Numbered from the stretch's first letter, positions 38,022-50,818 are shown. The stretch: 64,000 nucleotides of DNA from Candidatus Fermentibacterota bacterium (GCA_963845085.1 CAWJQI010000005.1:384001-448000); one strand, 5' to 3'. Notes: a model not told the origin generated them from the letters alone. Made by a program: numbers and translations.

Positions 38022-39796
38022 TGATCGCCCTGCTGTCCGGCGGATACGAGGCGGACAGGGATGCTTTCTACGATGCGTATTTTGGAGCTTCCGATGATGC
38101 CAGGGTTGACTCGATGCTGACCTTCCTCTCATTCGAGCCGGACATATCCCCGTACTGGCGCGGAAGCGCCTGGATGCTGTGCAGCGCCGACAGCGCAAGG
38201 GGAGACTCCCTTCTTGATCTCTGGCTGTCCGAGCTGCCGGACGACCCCAGGGCTTGGCTTGCGCTCTCGGAAAACTCCATTGACGATTCACTTCCCGAGC
38301 GGGCCATTGCGGCAGCCGACAGGGGGCTCACCGCCTTTCAGGGCTGGTTTCCCGAGGGAATGCCTGCCGGGGAGTGGGAACTCGTCGGGCACGCCCTCGA
38401 GTGCAACCTGAGGTTCAACCGCTGCAGGGGGTTCTTCGACCGGGGCGACAGAACCGCCGCACTCGAAGAGCTGGCCCCGCTTCTGCTGCCCGGGCTCTTC
38501 CCGGTCGACGATTATCACACGCGTGCCCGCTACCTGTTTTTCGCCGGCGAGGCCTCGCTCTCCATGGGTGACACTCTCGGCTCCCTGAAACTCCTCATCG
38601 AGTCGGCCGTGGAAGGCGATGTGACAAACATCTGGGCCGGAAAGGCCGACAGCCTTCTGCAGGCACTGCTTGGTCCTGATTATCTCTGCAGATGCAGGGC
38701 CCTGGCCGGTTATGACGGGCCGACCTTCAGCGACGCAACCGCGCTTCTTCCGTTCCCGGTGCCCGGAACCCGGCACGCCTGGGGAGACCTGAATTCAGAC
38801 GGCAGGCCCGATCTTCTGGCGGGCGGAACTCTGCTTCACAACACTCCGGAGCGGTTCCTCATGCTGGACTCGTTTCCGGTCAACGGGGGTGTTCTATCCG
38901 ATTTGAACGGTGACGGGCTGATGGATGTTCTGGGGCTTGGAAGGCAGCCGCTCATCCATCTTTCGAGCATCGACGGCACTTTTTCCGATACCGCCTCCGT
39001 CATGGGCATTACGGATACCATGGCTGAGGACGCAGCGGTTTTGGACTGGAACGGTGACGGATGGGCCGACATTTACCTCGCCGTGTACGAAGACCCCGAC
39101 ACCATGGGGCTGGGCAGACCCGATGCCTTCTACTACGGGGGCCCGGAAGGCTTCACTCCGAGCGATGAATTCAGGCTCGACCCGCCCCTCTGCAGCAGAA
39201 GCATCACGCTCGTCGATCTCGAAAACTCCGGTAAAATGTCAATCTTCGTATCCAACTACCGGCTTGACCCGAACGTGCTGTGGGAGAACGTGAACGGATC
39301 GCCGGTGAACACCGCGTTCGAACGCGGGCTCGCCGGTCTTGAAAACGAAGGCGCCTGGGGGCACACCATCGGCAGTTCATGGTGCGACTTCGATCTTGAC
39401 GGCGATCCCGACGTTTTCTGTGCCAATCTCGCGCATCCCCGCTACATCAGCTTCTCAAACCGCAGCATGCTTCTGCGCAATTCCGGAGGGATTTTCAGCG
39501 ATGAAAGGGCCGGAATGGGCATAAAGTACGAGGAGACACACTCCTTTCCGGCATGGGCGGATTTCAACGGCGACAGCCTTCCCGACCTTTTCATCACAAG
39601 CGTGTACCCGGATAGAAGAAGCTTCCTTTACCTGAACACCGGAAACGGCTTCGAGGACGTCACCTGGCTGGCCGGCGCGAGGGTTTTCGACGGCTGGCAT
39701 GTCTCCACCGTGGATTTCAACGGGGACGGTTCGCCTGACATAACCGTCAATGAAGGCGGCTTTCTGAGACTCTTCACAAATGATGGCACGAGGTGA
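38009..39796 (+). CDS. TPR plus FG-GAP/VCBS repeat exported protein
   Basis: Repeated D(L/F/W)NGDG..D motifs; helical TPR-like N-terminal half. Confidence 0.78.
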   Translation: MLPIVIALLSGGYEADRDAFYDAYFGASDDARVDSMLTFLSFEPDISPYWRGSAWMLCSADSARGDSLLDLWLSELPDDPRAWLALSENSIDDSLPERAIAAADRGLTAFQGWFPEGMPAGEWELVGHALECNLRFNRCRGFFDRGDRTAALEELAPLLLPGLFPVDDYHTRARYLFFAGEASLSMGDTLGSLKLLIESAVEGDVTNIWAGKADSLLQALLGPDYLCRCRALAGYDGPTFSDATALLPFPVPGTRHAWGDLNSDGRPDLLAGGTLLHNTPERFLMLDSFPVNGGVLSDLNGDGLMDVLGLGRQPLIHLSSIDGTFSDTASVMGITDTMAEDAAVLDWNGDGWADIYLAVYEDPDTMGLGRPDAFYYGGPEGFTPSDEFRLDPPLCSRSITLVDLENSGKMSIFVSNYRLDPNVLWENVNGSPVNTAFERGLAGLENEGAWGHTIGSSWCDFDLDGDPDVFCANLAHPRYISFSNRSMLLRNSGGIFSDERAGMGIKYEETHSFPAWADFNGDSLPDLFITSVYPDRRSFLYLNTGNGFEDVTWLAGARVFDGWHVSTVDFNGDGSPDITVNEGGFLRLFTNDGTR

Positions 39797-39878
39797 CGTG
39801 AACCCCTTCCGGAAACGGTGCAACCTTGTTCCGAGCGCCGGTTGACGGTATTTTACGCCGTTCGGAAGGAGACTTGTC

Positions 39879-40793
39879 TTGGCCCAGAAACCCCGTGCCA
39901 CAATATCAGGATTCACCTTCGTCCGTGACGCCGTAAAGCTCGATTACCCCATTTACGAGTCCATCATGTCAATTCTACCCATAGTCGACGAGTACATAGT
40001 CAACCTCGGCGACTGCTCGGACAACACCAGGGAGGTCATCGAGGGAATCGGTGACAGCCGGATCAAGGTGATAAACACGCCCTGGAACCCCGAACGCTTC
40101 GTCCGGGGAGCCACGAACGCGGATCAGACAAACATCGCGCTCGACCATTGCACAGGGGATTGGTGCTTCTACCTCCAGGCGGATGAGGTCGTGCATGAGA
40201 AAGACCACGGGCTGATTCTTGACACACTGGCGAGTTGCTCCTCCCGTCCCGAGGTCGACGGGCTGCTCTTCTCCTACAACCATTTCTGGGGTGACTACAG
40301 CCGGGTTCACAGAAGCCATTGCTGGTACAGCCATGACATCAGGGTGATCAGGGCCGGCAGGGGGATCCGAAGCTGGAAGAGTGCCCAGAGCTTCAGGATG
40401 AACGACGGCCAAACCAAGCTGCGGGTTGTCGACTGCGGTGCATGCATCTACCACTACGGCTGGGTCAGGCACCCGATGGTGATGAGGCGCAAGCAGAAGG
40501 CTCTCGACGGGCTCCACCATGACGGCGAATGGGTGAAGAAGCGTTACAGCGACGGCGAGGTTCCCTGGGACTACGGCCCGCTTGACAGGATCCCGCTTTT
40601 CAAGGGCACCCACCCTGCGGTGATGAAACGGCGAATCGAAACAAAGGACTGGAGGGCCGAGGATTATGGCGACCCCGCCCATCCTCCCCTTCACGAGCAT
40701 CTTCGGCTTTCAATGAGGCTGCACTCGGCACTGGAACGGCTTCTTGGAACCAAGATCGGCGGTTACAGAAACTGGAAAACCCTTCCAGGGTGA
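39879..40793 (+). CDS. GT2 family glycosyltransferase
   Basis: GFTFVR, WCFYLQADE (DxD-like), YHYGWVR. Confidence 0.82.
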   Translation: MAQKPRATISGFTFVRDAVKLDYPIYESIMSILPIVDEYIVNLGDCSDNTREVIEGIGDSRIKVINTPWNPERFVRGATNADQTNIALDHCTGDWCFYLQADEVVHEKDHGLILDTLASCSSRPEVDGLLFSYNHFWGDYSRVHRSHCWYSHDIRVIRAGRGIRSWKSAQSFRMNDGQTKLRVVDCGACIYHYGWVRHPMVMRRKQKALDGLHHDGEWVKKRYSDGEVPWDYGPLDRIPLFKGTHPAVMKRRIETKDWRAEDYGDPAHPPLHEHLRLSMRLHSALERLLGTKIGGYRNWKTLPG

Positions 40794-40805
40794 TCGGAGA
40801 AAAAA

Positions 40806-41951
40806 ATGGCCGTTCCCTTCCTTGATCTCAAATCGATATACAATGAGATCCGTGACGAAGTCACACCGGAAATCAACGAAGTTCTTGAAAGCTGCGGCTA
40901 CGTGCTTGGCCCGAAGGTCTCGGCGTTCGAGGAAAAGTTCGCAAAGATCTGCGGTACGCGCTTCTGCGTGGCGGTATCCAACGGAACCGCCGCCCTTCAC
41001 TGCATGATCAGCGCGTCGGGCCTTGAGCCCGGCAGCGGTATCATCGTTCCTCCCAATACCTTTACAGCCACGGTCGAAGGGATTATCCTGGCCGGGATGG
41101 TTCCGGTATTCGTTGATGTCGAAGATAGAACGTGGAACCTTGACCCCGCAAAGGTCACGGCATTCATCGAGGCCAACCGTTCCGGGGGGGCTGTAATCGA
41201 CCCCCGGACCCATGCCGTCGTGAGGGCGGTTATGGCCGTCGACCTGTACGGGCAGCCGGCTGACCACACCAGGCTCGAGCGCATCGCTCTCGAACACGGC
41301 ATGAGGCTGTTTGAAGACGCTGCGCAATCGCATGATGCGAACAGGGATGGAAGACCGGCCGGCTCATTCGGCGTCGCAGCTTCTTTCAGCTTCTACCCGG
41401 GGAAGAACATGGGCGCCTTCGGCGAGGCGGGTGCTGTCGCCACGAACGACGAGGAGCTTTGCGCCAGGGCGAAAAGCCTCAGAGACCACGGCTCGCGGGA
41501 CAAATACTTCTACGAGTACATCGGCCACAACTACAGGATGTGCGCAATCCAGGGAGCGGTGCTAGGGGTCAAGGCCAGACACATCCACCGCTGGAACGAT
41601 CTTCGGAGAGAGGCTGCGGCAAGGTACAAAAGCCTTCTGAACGGGCTTCCCGTCCAGCTTCCCGAAGAGGCCGCTTCGACCCGTCACGTGTATCACCTCT
41701 ACGCCCTCCACACCCCGAAGCGTGACGCCCTGCGCGAGTTCATCCAGGCCAGGGGGATAGCGAGCGGCCTTCATTACCCTCATCCCCTGCACCTCCAGAA
41801 GGCATACGCCTATCTGGGTCATTGCAGGGGCGATTTCCCGGTCTCAGAGAGAAACGCACTCGAGAATGTCACACTGCCGATGTTCCCGGGCATAACGCCC
41901 GCGCAGCAACAGGAGGTTGCCGATGCCGTGTCGGCATTCTTCGCGGACTGA
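40806..41951 (+). CDS. DegT/DnrJ/EryC1/StrS nucleotide-sugar aminotransferase
   Basis: NGTAAL, EDAAQSH, SFYPGKNMGAFGEAG. Confidence 0.92.
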   Translation: MAVPFLDLKSIYNEIRDEVTPEINEVLESCGYVLGPKVSAFEEKFAKICGTRFCVAVSNGTAALHCMISASGLEPGSGIIVPPNTFTATVEGIILAGMVPVFVDVEDRTWNLDPAKVTAFIEANRSGGAVIDPRTHAVVRAVMAVDLYGQPADHTRLERIALEHGMRLFEDAAQSHDANRDGRPAGSFGVAASFSFYPGKNMGAFGEAGAVATNDEELCARAKSLRDHGSRDKYFYEYIGHNYRMCAIQGAVLGVKARHIHRWNDLRREAAARYKSLLNGLPVQLPEEAASTRHVYHLYALHTPKRDALREFIQARGIASGLHYPHPLHLQKAYAYLGHCRGDFPVSERNALENVTLPMFPGITPAQQQEVADAVSAFFAD

Positions 41952-41954
41952 CCT

Positions 41955-43391
41955 TTGAAAAGCAAGAGCCAGAGGCTGAACCGTGCGTACCAGGGGGCAG
42001 CCATTTTCACCGACATGGTCTGCCTCGGGGCTGCCTTTCTGCCTGCGGTTTTCATCCGGTTCGGAAGGCTCGACGCCTATCCCCTGACAACCTACATCGG
42101 GACCTGGGCATTCTACTCCCTCTGGCTGTTCATGTTCAGCATAGTCGAGAACCTCTACTCATTCCGCACTTCCATGAACAGAACGCTCTATTCCTACAGG
42201 ATGATAAGGCTTGTTCTTGTCACCACGGCCATTTTCGCCCTGACGGCGTTCCTTCTCAGGGCGGCAAGGGGCGTGTTCTTCGACAGCAGGATAGTGATCG
42301 TGCTGCACATGTTCCTCTGGGCCATTTTCGGCATCACCGCCAGAATGATCCTTCTCCCCTGGATCTACGGCAAGTTTCACGGGCTGCCACGAACCGGCTG
42401 CTCCCGTGCGATGGTCGCGGGAAACCCCGCTGCCGCGGACAGGATATCGGCCCTCATCAGAAAGGCACCGGTTTACCGGAGCACCCATTCGGTCGAAACG
42501 GTCGCTCAAAACCTGCCTGACGCCCCGCAGGACATCTTCAACTTCTGCATGAGCCTGTGCGAGAAGAGACAATGCGACCAGCTCTTCCTCCTTTTCGGCA
42601 ACCATGACCTGAACTGTGTCGCCGAGACCTCGATACTGCTCCATGATGCGGGGGTTCCGTTCGTGATCTTCTCCGAGCACATCCTGAACCTCGGCTACTT
42701 CGATCCCTGGCTGAGCCTCGAGGACTATGGGGCGGTCAGTTTCCTGAAACAGGCAAGAAGCACCAAGAACGACCTCACAGCGCGAATTGTCGACATCCTG
42801 CTGAGTTCCGCCGGAATAATCTTCCTCTCGCCGCTTCTTGCGGCAGCCGCTCTTCTCGTCAGGCTTTCCAGCCCGGGCCCCGTCTTTTTTCGGCAAACGA
42901 GGGTCGGGCTCTGCTCCCGCGAATTCCAGTTTCTGAAGTTCCGTTCAATGACAAGCGACGCATCGGATGCCAACTCGCGGGAGCACAAGGAGTATTTTGC
43001 GAAGTACGCCCGGGGCTTCAGCTCAGGCAAGCCCGAAACCTTCAAGCTTGACCAGAAAAACCGCATCACGAATGTGGGAAGGCTCATCAGAAAAACATCG
43101 ATCGACGAGTTCCCTCAGCTGTTCAACGTGCTGAGGGGCGAGATGACCATAGTCGGCCCCAGACCGTGCATCCCGTACGAGCTGGAATTCTACAAGAGCT
43201 GGCAGAAAAGACGGTTCACGGTGAAGCCGGGTCTCACCGGGATCTGGCAGGTGTACGGCAGGAGCAGGCTGCCCTTCGACCACGCGCAGTTCCTTGATTT
43301 TCTGTATACGATCGACATGTCCTACAGCCTTGATTTCAGGCTGCTGATGAAGACGGTCCCGGTGATACTGCTGGGCAAGGGCGGGGTCTAG
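41955..43391 (+). CDS. Polyprenyl-phosphate glycosylphosphotransferase (sugar transferase)
   Basis: KFRSM, SIDEFPQ, VGPRP, PGLTGIWQV; N-terminal TMs. Confidence 0.88.
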   Translation: MKSKSQRLNRAYQGAAIFTDMVCLGAAFLPAVFIRFGRLDAYPLTTYIGTWAFYSLWLFMFSIVENLYSFRTSMNRTLYSYRMIRLVLVTTAIFALTAFLLRAARGVFFDSRIVIVLHMFLWAIFGITARMILLPWIYGKFHGLPRTGCSRAMVAGNPAAADRISALIRKAPVYRSTHSVETVAQNLPDAPQDIFNFCMSLCEKRQCDQLFLLFGNHDLNCVAETSILLHDAGVPFVIFSEHILNLGYFDPWLSLEDYGAVSFLKQARSTKNDLTARIVDILLSSAGIIFLSPLLAAAALLVRLSSPGPVFFRQTRVGLCSREFQFLKFRSMTSDASDANSREHKEYFAKYARGFSSGKPETFKLDQKNRITNVGRLIRKTSIDEFPQLFNVLRGEMTIVGPRPCIPYELEFYKSWQKRRFTVKPGLTGIWQVYGRSRLPFDHAQFLDFLYTIDMSYSLDFRLLMKTVPVILLGKGGV

Positions 43392-43792
43392 GGCTCTTCC
43401 TGCTGGTCGGCGTGAACCACCCATGTGTGTTCGAGAACCCATGAGGCGATCACATCCTCACCGGCGCCGCGGTCCATCAGGCTCAGGGCTTCGAACACGT
43501 CTTCGCGGAAGAGCACAAGCGATGACCCCGGAATGCGTACCTCGAGGCCCAAAAGCGGCCAGCCGCCCGCAATGCTGTCAAGCAGAAGGAAGAAGCTGCC
43601 GCCGTAATGCTTGAGAAGGCTGTCGCCCCTCGAAAGGCTTCCCGAGATTTCAACGATGAACGTTTCGTCGACAATACCGGCGGACCGAACGGGAATTCCC
43701 CTCGCAAGAAGGTCGGCGTACGGATCGGCCAGGCATGCCGACACAATCAAGAGCACGCACCAGGAAAACTTCAAATCGAGCTCCTTCCGCAA
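43388..43792 (-). CDS. Hypothetical exported protein
   Basis: Hydrophobic N-terminus; stop overlaps the convergent gene; start uncertain. Confidence 0.5.
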   Translation of the reverse strand: MRKELDLKFSWCVLLIVSACLADPYADLLARGIPVRSAGIVDETFIVEISGSLSRGDSLLKHYGGSFFLLLDSIAGGWPLLGLEVRIPGSSLVLFREDVFEALSLMDRGAGEDVIASWVLEHTWVVHADQQEEP

Positions 43793-43848
43793 GCCGCATT
43801 CGTTTGATTATGCCAAAACAGCCGGCGATTGGAAAGGGCGGGATTGAA

Positions 43849-44259
43849 ATGACGCGGGCTGCCTTCTATATTTCCGCCATGACACTGATTCTGGCTGTGG
43901 TCATGCTGTTGGGCGCCCCCGTTGGTTTCGAGGGAATGAGCCGCCAGGTGGCATCCCTTCTCGACGGATGGGTAATGGGATCCCCTGCGAGCCCGCATTG
44001 CGCCGAATTCGGCGGGATGTTCATCATGACGTGTGCACTGGTCAGGGCGGATGCAGCCATAAGGCTGGCAGCCGCTGAAGGCACAGCATACCCGGGGTGT
44101 CTGAAAGCCGCAGCAGCCTGTGCCGAATGGTACAGGAGAGCGCTCGCTCTGGGTAACGGGGCCTCGGTTGAACAATGGAACGCCTGTGGCGATGGGCTTA
44201 TTGATAGGCTCAACCTGCTGCAGGACAGGGAATTTGCCTACCTGCAATCATTACAGTAG
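43849..44259 (+). CDS. Hypothetical protein with N-terminal hydrophobic segment
   Basis: ATG at 43849; fills the gap before pdxS; no recognised motif. Confidence 0.4.
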   Translation: MTRAAFYISAMTLILAVVMLLGAPVGFEGMSRQVASLLDGWVMGSPASPHCAEFGGMFIMTCALVRADAAIRLAAAEGTAYPGCLKAAAACAEWYRRALALGNGASVEQWNACGDGLIDRLNLLQDREFAYLQSLQ

Positions 44260-44272
44260 TAAGGAACGGGAA

Positions 44273-45166
44273 ATGAGCTTCAAGAGAGACGAGGGGGGTT
44301 GGGAAGTCAAGGCGGGGCATGCCAGGATGCTCAAGGGCGGTGTGATAATGGATGTTGTCACCGCCGAGCAGGCCGTGATCGCCCAGAGTGCCGGCGCGGT
44401 TGCGGTAATGGCTCTCGAGCGCGTCCCCGCAGACATCCGCGCACAGGGCGGCGTGGCGAGAATGTCCGACCCCGATGTGATCACGGCGATTCAAAAGGCC
44501 GTTACCATCCCCGTCATGGCCAAGTGCCGCATCGGGCATTTCGTTGAGGCGCAGGTCCTCGAGGCTCTCGAAATCGATTTTGTGGACGAGTCCGAGGTTC
44601 TCACTCCCGCCGACGAAAAGAACCATGTCGACAAGCATTCATTCAGGATCCCATTCGTCTGCGGCGCAGTGAACCTCGGAGAGGCGCTCAGAAGGATCGG
44701 CGAGGGCGCTGCCATGATCAGGACCAAGGGCGAAGCCGGCACCGGCAACGTCGTCGAGGCGGTCAGGCATGCCAGACAGGTTCTCGGCGACATCAGGCGC
44801 ATCGCATCCATGCCCGTTTCCGAACTCATGGCCGAGGCCAAGCTGATGGGCGCTCCGTACGACCTCATAAGGTACGTGCACGACAACGGCTCCCTCCCGG
44901 TGGTCAACTTCGCGGCGGGAGGCATAGCCACGCCCGCCGATGCGGCCCTGATGATGCAGCTCGGCATGGACGGGGTGTTCGTGGGCAGCGGGATCTTCAA
45001 AAGCGGCAATCCCGAGAAACGGGCGAGGGCCATCGTTGAGGCCGTCAGCCGCTTCGACCAGCCCGGGATCATCGCCGAGGTATCAAGGGGGCTTGGCGAG
45101 GCGATGGTCGGCATCAATGTCAGCACCCTTCCGGAAGAGGATCGTCTGGCCCACCGGGGCTGGTGA
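44273..45166 (+). CDS. pdxS: Pyridoxal 5'-phosphate synthase lyase subunit
   Basis: [39 protein letters not shown]. Confidence 0.97.
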   Translation: MSFKRDEGGWEVKAGHARMLKGGVIMDVVTAEQAVIAQSAGAVAVMALERVPADIRAQGGVARMSDPDVITAIQKAVTIPVMAKCRIGHFVEAQVLEALEIDFVDESEVLTPADEKNHVDKHSFRIPFVCGAVNLGEALRRIGEGAAMIRTKGEAGTGNVVEAVRHARQVLGDIRRIASMPVSELMAEAKLMGAPYDLIRYVHDNGSLPVVNFAAGGIATPADAALMMQLGMDGVFVGSGIFKSGNPEKRARAIVEAVSRFDQPGIIAEVSRGLGEAMVGINVSTLPEEDRLAHRGW

Positions 45167-45768
45167 TGGCAGTCATCGGTGTGGTCGCCCTCCAGGGCGG
45201 AGTTTCCGAGCACTGCTCAATGCTTGCCTCCCTGGGGCACCGCGTGGTGTGTGTTCGCGACCCCGGGCCGCTCGGAAGCCTTGATGCACTGATCCTCCCC
45301 GGAGGCGAGTCAACGGCGCTCGTACTTCTCCTTTCAAGATGGGGGCTGTTCGACACCCTCAGGCAGGCGATCCGCGATGGGCTTCCTGTTCTGGGAACCT
45401 GTGCGGGAGCTGTGCTTCTCGCCCGGGAAGTGACGGAACGCGAACACAGTGTTGACCAGAAAAGCCTTCAGGCGGCTGATGTAAGAGCGGAGAGGAACAG
45501 CTTCGGCAGGCAGGTCGCAAGTTTCACGGAGGAGCTCGTCATAACCGGTCTCGAAACCCCCTTCCCCGGGGTTTTCATCAGGGCCCCCCTTCTCCATCCC
45601 CTCAATGCCTGCGCAAAGGTTCTCGGAGCTGTCAGCGAGGGTGCGGTTCTGATCAGACAGGGAAATGTCTGGCTCAGCAGTTTCCACCCCGAACTCACCA
45701 ATGACGACAGGATCCATCGCATGTTCATCAGGGAATCAGGAATTGCCGGGTCTTCGCCCCGACGCTGA
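45163..45768 (+). CDS. pdxT: PLP synthase glutaminase subunit
   Basis: ALQG, PGGEST, GTCAG, FIRAP, FHPE. Confidence 0.95.
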   Translation: MMAVIGVVALQGGVSEHCSMLASLGHRVVCVRDPGPLGSLDALILPGGESTALVLLLSRWGLFDTLRQAIRDGLPVLGTCAGAVLLAREVTEREHSVDQKSLQAADVRAERNSFGRQVASFTEELVITGLETPFPGVFIRAPLLHPLNACAKVLGAVSEGAVLIRQGNVWLSSFHPELTNDDRIHRMFIRESGIAGSSPRR

Positions 45769-46666
45769 AGCCTGCGGAAGGTGTTTCAGAAAAGGCTTCG
45801 AAGGCTTCACGGCCAGGGCCGGGCTTCCTGCCGGTTCGATGGACGCCTGTCTCGATGACATTGACTCGAAGCTCGCACTGGGCTGGACTCCCCCGCTTGC
45901 CGGAGCTGCCGCCTGGAGGGAGCTGAGGCGGTTGTCGGGGATTCCCGACATCTTTCGCGGGGAGAAGCGCTTTTTTACTCTATGCCTTCTGGAACGGCTT
46001 CCCGTGCTGCGGGATGCCCTCCTTGCAACTGCTGACCCCCTCTCCGGCGCTCTTTCCGCCGCAACCTGGTGCAACCTTGTCGATTCGGCGCAGGGAAACC
46101 GGATCCCGGCTCCTGAGGAACTTTTCGAGCTGTTCAGCAACCCCCTCGCCCTGGACGAACGGGCCCGGTTCGTGCGCGCTCTTTCCAAAGCGCACTCACT
46201 CCTTGTCCTCGGCGACAACGCCGGAGAGACCGTTCTCGACAGGCTTTTCCTCGAGATAGCGGGCTTCCCGGGGGATGTTTTCTACATGGTCAGACCGCTC
46301 CCGGTAATGAACGATGCAACGGCGGCGGATGCCGGGATGGCCGGGCTCGACACCCTTGCGCATGTCATTGACAGCGGAAGCGATGTGCCCTCGATCGTTG
46401 CCGGGCTGCTCGGACCGGAGGCGCAGGAGGTGTTCAGCGGCTGCGACCTCGTTCTTGCCAAAGGTCAGGGAAACCTCGAGGGGCTGTGGGGTTCCGGTGA
46501 TGAGAGGATATTCCATTCCTTCGTCGTGAAGTGCCCGGTCGTGGCACATGCCACCGGCCTTCCCATGGGAAGCGGAGTTTTCGTATCATCGCGTACACTG
46601 GAGGAGAGAGCATGCCCATATACGAGTACTACTGCGGTACCTGCAACACCATCTACCAGTTTCTGA
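45743..46666 (+). CDS. DUF89/ARMT1-like damage-control phosphatase
   Basis: N-terminal CxxC, DNAGE, NDAT, AKGQGNLE, VKC; probable TTG start. Confidence 0.82.
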   Translation: MPGLRPDAEACGRCFRKGFEGFTARAGLPAGSMDACLDDIDSKLALGWTPPLAGAAAWRELRRLSGIPDIFRGEKRFFTLCLLERLPVLRDALLATADPLSGALSAATWCNLVDSAQGNRIPAPEELFELFSNPLALDERARFVRALSKAHSLLVLGDNAGETVLDRLFLEIAGFPGDVFYMVRPLPVMNDATAADAGMAGLDTLAHVIDSGSDVPSIVAGLLGPEAQEVFSGCDLVLAKGQGNLEGLWGSGDERIFHSFVVKCPVVAHATGLPMGSGVFVSSRTLEERACPYTSTTAVPATPSTSF

Positions 46667-47040
46667 TCAGACGGGTCACGGCAGAAACCTCGCCGGTCTG
46701 CCCAAAATGCGGAGCAGGCAGCCTTGAACGGGTCATGAGCTGTTTCAGCACGCCGGGTTCGGGCTCCGAAAGCGCAGCCACGGGTGACATGGCAGGGGAT
46801 CTCGCCGGACTGGACGAAAACGACCCCCGTGCCATGGCAAGGGCGGTGAGGAAGATGGCTGACCAGATGGGCGAGGAACTCGGACCCGAGCTTTCGCATG
46901 CACTGAGCCGTCTGGAATCCGGTGAGGATCCGGAGAAGATCGAACAGGAGCTTGAAGGCATGGGGTTCGGGGATGACGGTGAACCCGGGGGTTACGCCGG
47001 TGCGTCGCCGAAAAGGGACTCCGGGCTCTACGAAGGCTAG
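46612..47040 (+). CDS. FmdB family zinc-ribbon protein
   Basis: MPIYEYYC..C..CPKCG; GGAGGAG RBS. Confidence 0.87.
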   Translation: MPIYEYYCGTCNTIYQFLIRRVTAETSPVCPKCGAGSLERVMSCFSTPGSGSESAATGDMAGDLAGLDENDPRAMARAVRKMADQMGEELGPELSHALSRLESGEDPEKIEQELEGMGFGDDGEPGGYAGASPKRDSGLYEG

Positions 47041-48533
47041 CCCAGGCACCCCTGCCTGATAAGTTCCGCAACAGCTTCGATGTCCGATACGAACCTGCGA
47101 TCAGAATCCATGGGTTCGAACACGATGTCGATGATCCCCGCGGTTTTCCGGTTACCCGAGCCCATCGTCCCCCTTGACAGGAATCTGTGGGCCTGGACTG
47201 CACAGACCAGTTCCGTGGCAAGGATGAAAACGGAATTCCTTACCATGGAGGCTGCATGACGTGCCGCCGTGGCGCCCATCGAGACGTGATCCTCCTGGTT
47301 GCCGCTGACGGGAATGCTGTCAACGCACGAGGGATGCGCAAGGGTCTTGTTCTCACTGACAAGGGATGCAGCGGTGTACTGCGCAATCATGAGCCCGGAG
47401 TTCATCCCCGGCTCCCGGGCGAGGAATGCAGGCAGTCCGGAGAGGTCGGGATTCAGGAGCCGCTCGGTCCGCCTTTCGGAAATGTTTCCAAGCACTGCGA
47501 CCGCTGTTTTCAGGTGATCGGCAGCCATCGCAAGGGGCTGCCCGTGAAAGTTGCCCCCGCTGACCATCCTGCCGTCGCTCATGAGCAGCGGGTTGTCGGT
47601 CACGGACCGCAGTTCTATCCCGACGATAGACTCGACGTAGTCCAGCGCGTCACGGCAGGCGCCGTGCACCTGGGGTGAACACCTGAGGGAATAGGCGTCC
47701 TGCACTTTTTCGCAGTTCCTGTGGCTCTCCAGTATCTGCGAGCCATCGAGGCCGGCCCGGATGCGCCGCGCCGACTCAAGGGCGCCGGGGTGGGGCCTCA
47801 GTCCGAGCAGTTCGGGTTCAACGGCCGCATCGGTCCCGAGAAGGGCCTCGAGTGTGAGCGCCGCCGCGGAATCCGCGGCATTCATCAGCGACCTCGCCTC
47901 GAGCAGGGCAAGCGAGAGAGTGGCTGTCATGTACTGGGTGCCGTTGATAAGCGCCAGCCCTTCCTTTGCGGCAAGTGTGAGGGGTTGGATCCCGGCAAGC
48001 CCGAGCGCCTCGGCCCCGGTTACAACCTCGCCCGATTCCGAAATACACTCACCTTCGCCTATCAGTGGAAGGCACATGTGGGCCAGGGGGGCCAGGTCGC
48101 CAGAAGCCCCGAGTGAACCCTGGCAGGGAACCGCAGGGTAAAGACCGCTGTTCGAAAGCCTTACAAGGTTTTCTACAACACAGGGCCTGATGCCGCTTCT
48201 GCCCCTGGCCAGTGATGCAACCCTGAGGTAGATCATGACCCTCACGTGCTCCCTGGAAAGCAGCGGTCCGGTGCCACAGGAGTGGCTAAGCAGAAGGTTC
48301 CGCTGCAGGTCGGACAGCTCGTCCCCCTCCACCACCGTCGTGGCGAGTCTCCCGAAACCCGTATTGACGCCATAGATGGCCCTGCCCGATCCAAGAAGGG
48401 CCTCGACTGCTGCCCTGCCCCTTGAAAGGGCTTCGAGGGCTTCCGCAGAAAGCTCGATGGCGGCCCCTTCCGCTACCCGGGCCACACCCTCGAGATCGGC
48501 CCCCGCATCGCTCACTACAACCGGACAATTCAT
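47037..48533 (-). CDS. hutH: Histidine ammonia-lyase
   Basis: YGVNTGFG, GASGDLAPL (MIO), QDAYSLRC, GGNFHG, NQEDHVSMG. Confidence 0.93.
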   Translation of the reverse strand: MNCPVVVSDAGADLEGVARVAEGAAIELSAEALEALSRGRAAVEALLGSGRAIYGVNTGFGRLATTVVEGDELSDLQRNLLLSHSCGTGPLLSREHVRVMIYLRVASLARGRSGIRPCVVENLVRLSNSGLYPAVPCQGSLGASGDLAPLAHMCLPLIGEGECISESGEVVTGAEALGLAGIQPLTLAAKEGLALINGTQYMTATLSLALLEARSLMNAADSAAALTLEALLGTDAAVEPELLGLRPHPGALESARRIRAGLDGSQILESHRNCEKVQDAYSLRCSPQVHGACRDALDYVESIVGIELRSVTDNPLLMSDGRMVSGGNFHGQPLAMAADHLKTAVAVLGNISERRTERLLNPDLSGLPAFLAREPGMNSGLMIAQYTAASLVSENKTLAHPSCVDSIPVSGNQEDHVSMGATAARHAASMVRNSVFILATELVCAVQAHRFLSRGTMGSGNRKTAGIIDIVFEPMDSDRRFVSDIEAVAELIRQGCLG

Positions 48534-48821
48534 AAAAGCCTCCAGGCTCGTTGGGTTCAGAAGATTCACGGGAAATATACAGGAACACCCGGAAACCAAT
48601 CCTGCGTCAAAGTGACACGGGGCGGGGTGGACTCCCCCTCCGGGAGAACCCCTGCAATGATGTCTGCCCGGTGTTACCGTTGCCATTCATGGAGTTATGA
48701 GGAAAAAAGATGCCCCGGAAACGAGTGGCATCTTCATTGCTTATATGGTTGCACAAAGCAGCGGGGCGTGCGCTCCGCGGGTAATTGATGAACTTCACAT
48801 TCCGCGAAAGGAGAATGCAAG

Positions 48822-50769
<1,948 letters not shown>

Positions 50770-50786
50770 AACCCTTCCCAAAAGGG

Positions 50787-50818
50787 AACCCGGGGCCATC
50801 CGGCCCCGGGTTATTTTG
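50787..50818 (+). terminator. Intrinsic terminator after groEL
   Basis: AACCCGGGGCC-ATCC-GGCCCCGGGTT followed by ATTTTG. Confidence 0.75.

Noticed and set aside
46612..46666. 55-nt overlap of DUF89 with fmdB as a possible third frameshift
   Set aside because: The DUF89 motifs are complete before the overlap and no obvious slip site is present
48700..48740. Imperfect inverted repeat GATGCC..GGCATC upstream of groES as a CIRCE element
   Set aside because: It does not match TTAGCACTC-N9-GAGTGCTAA in sequence or spacing
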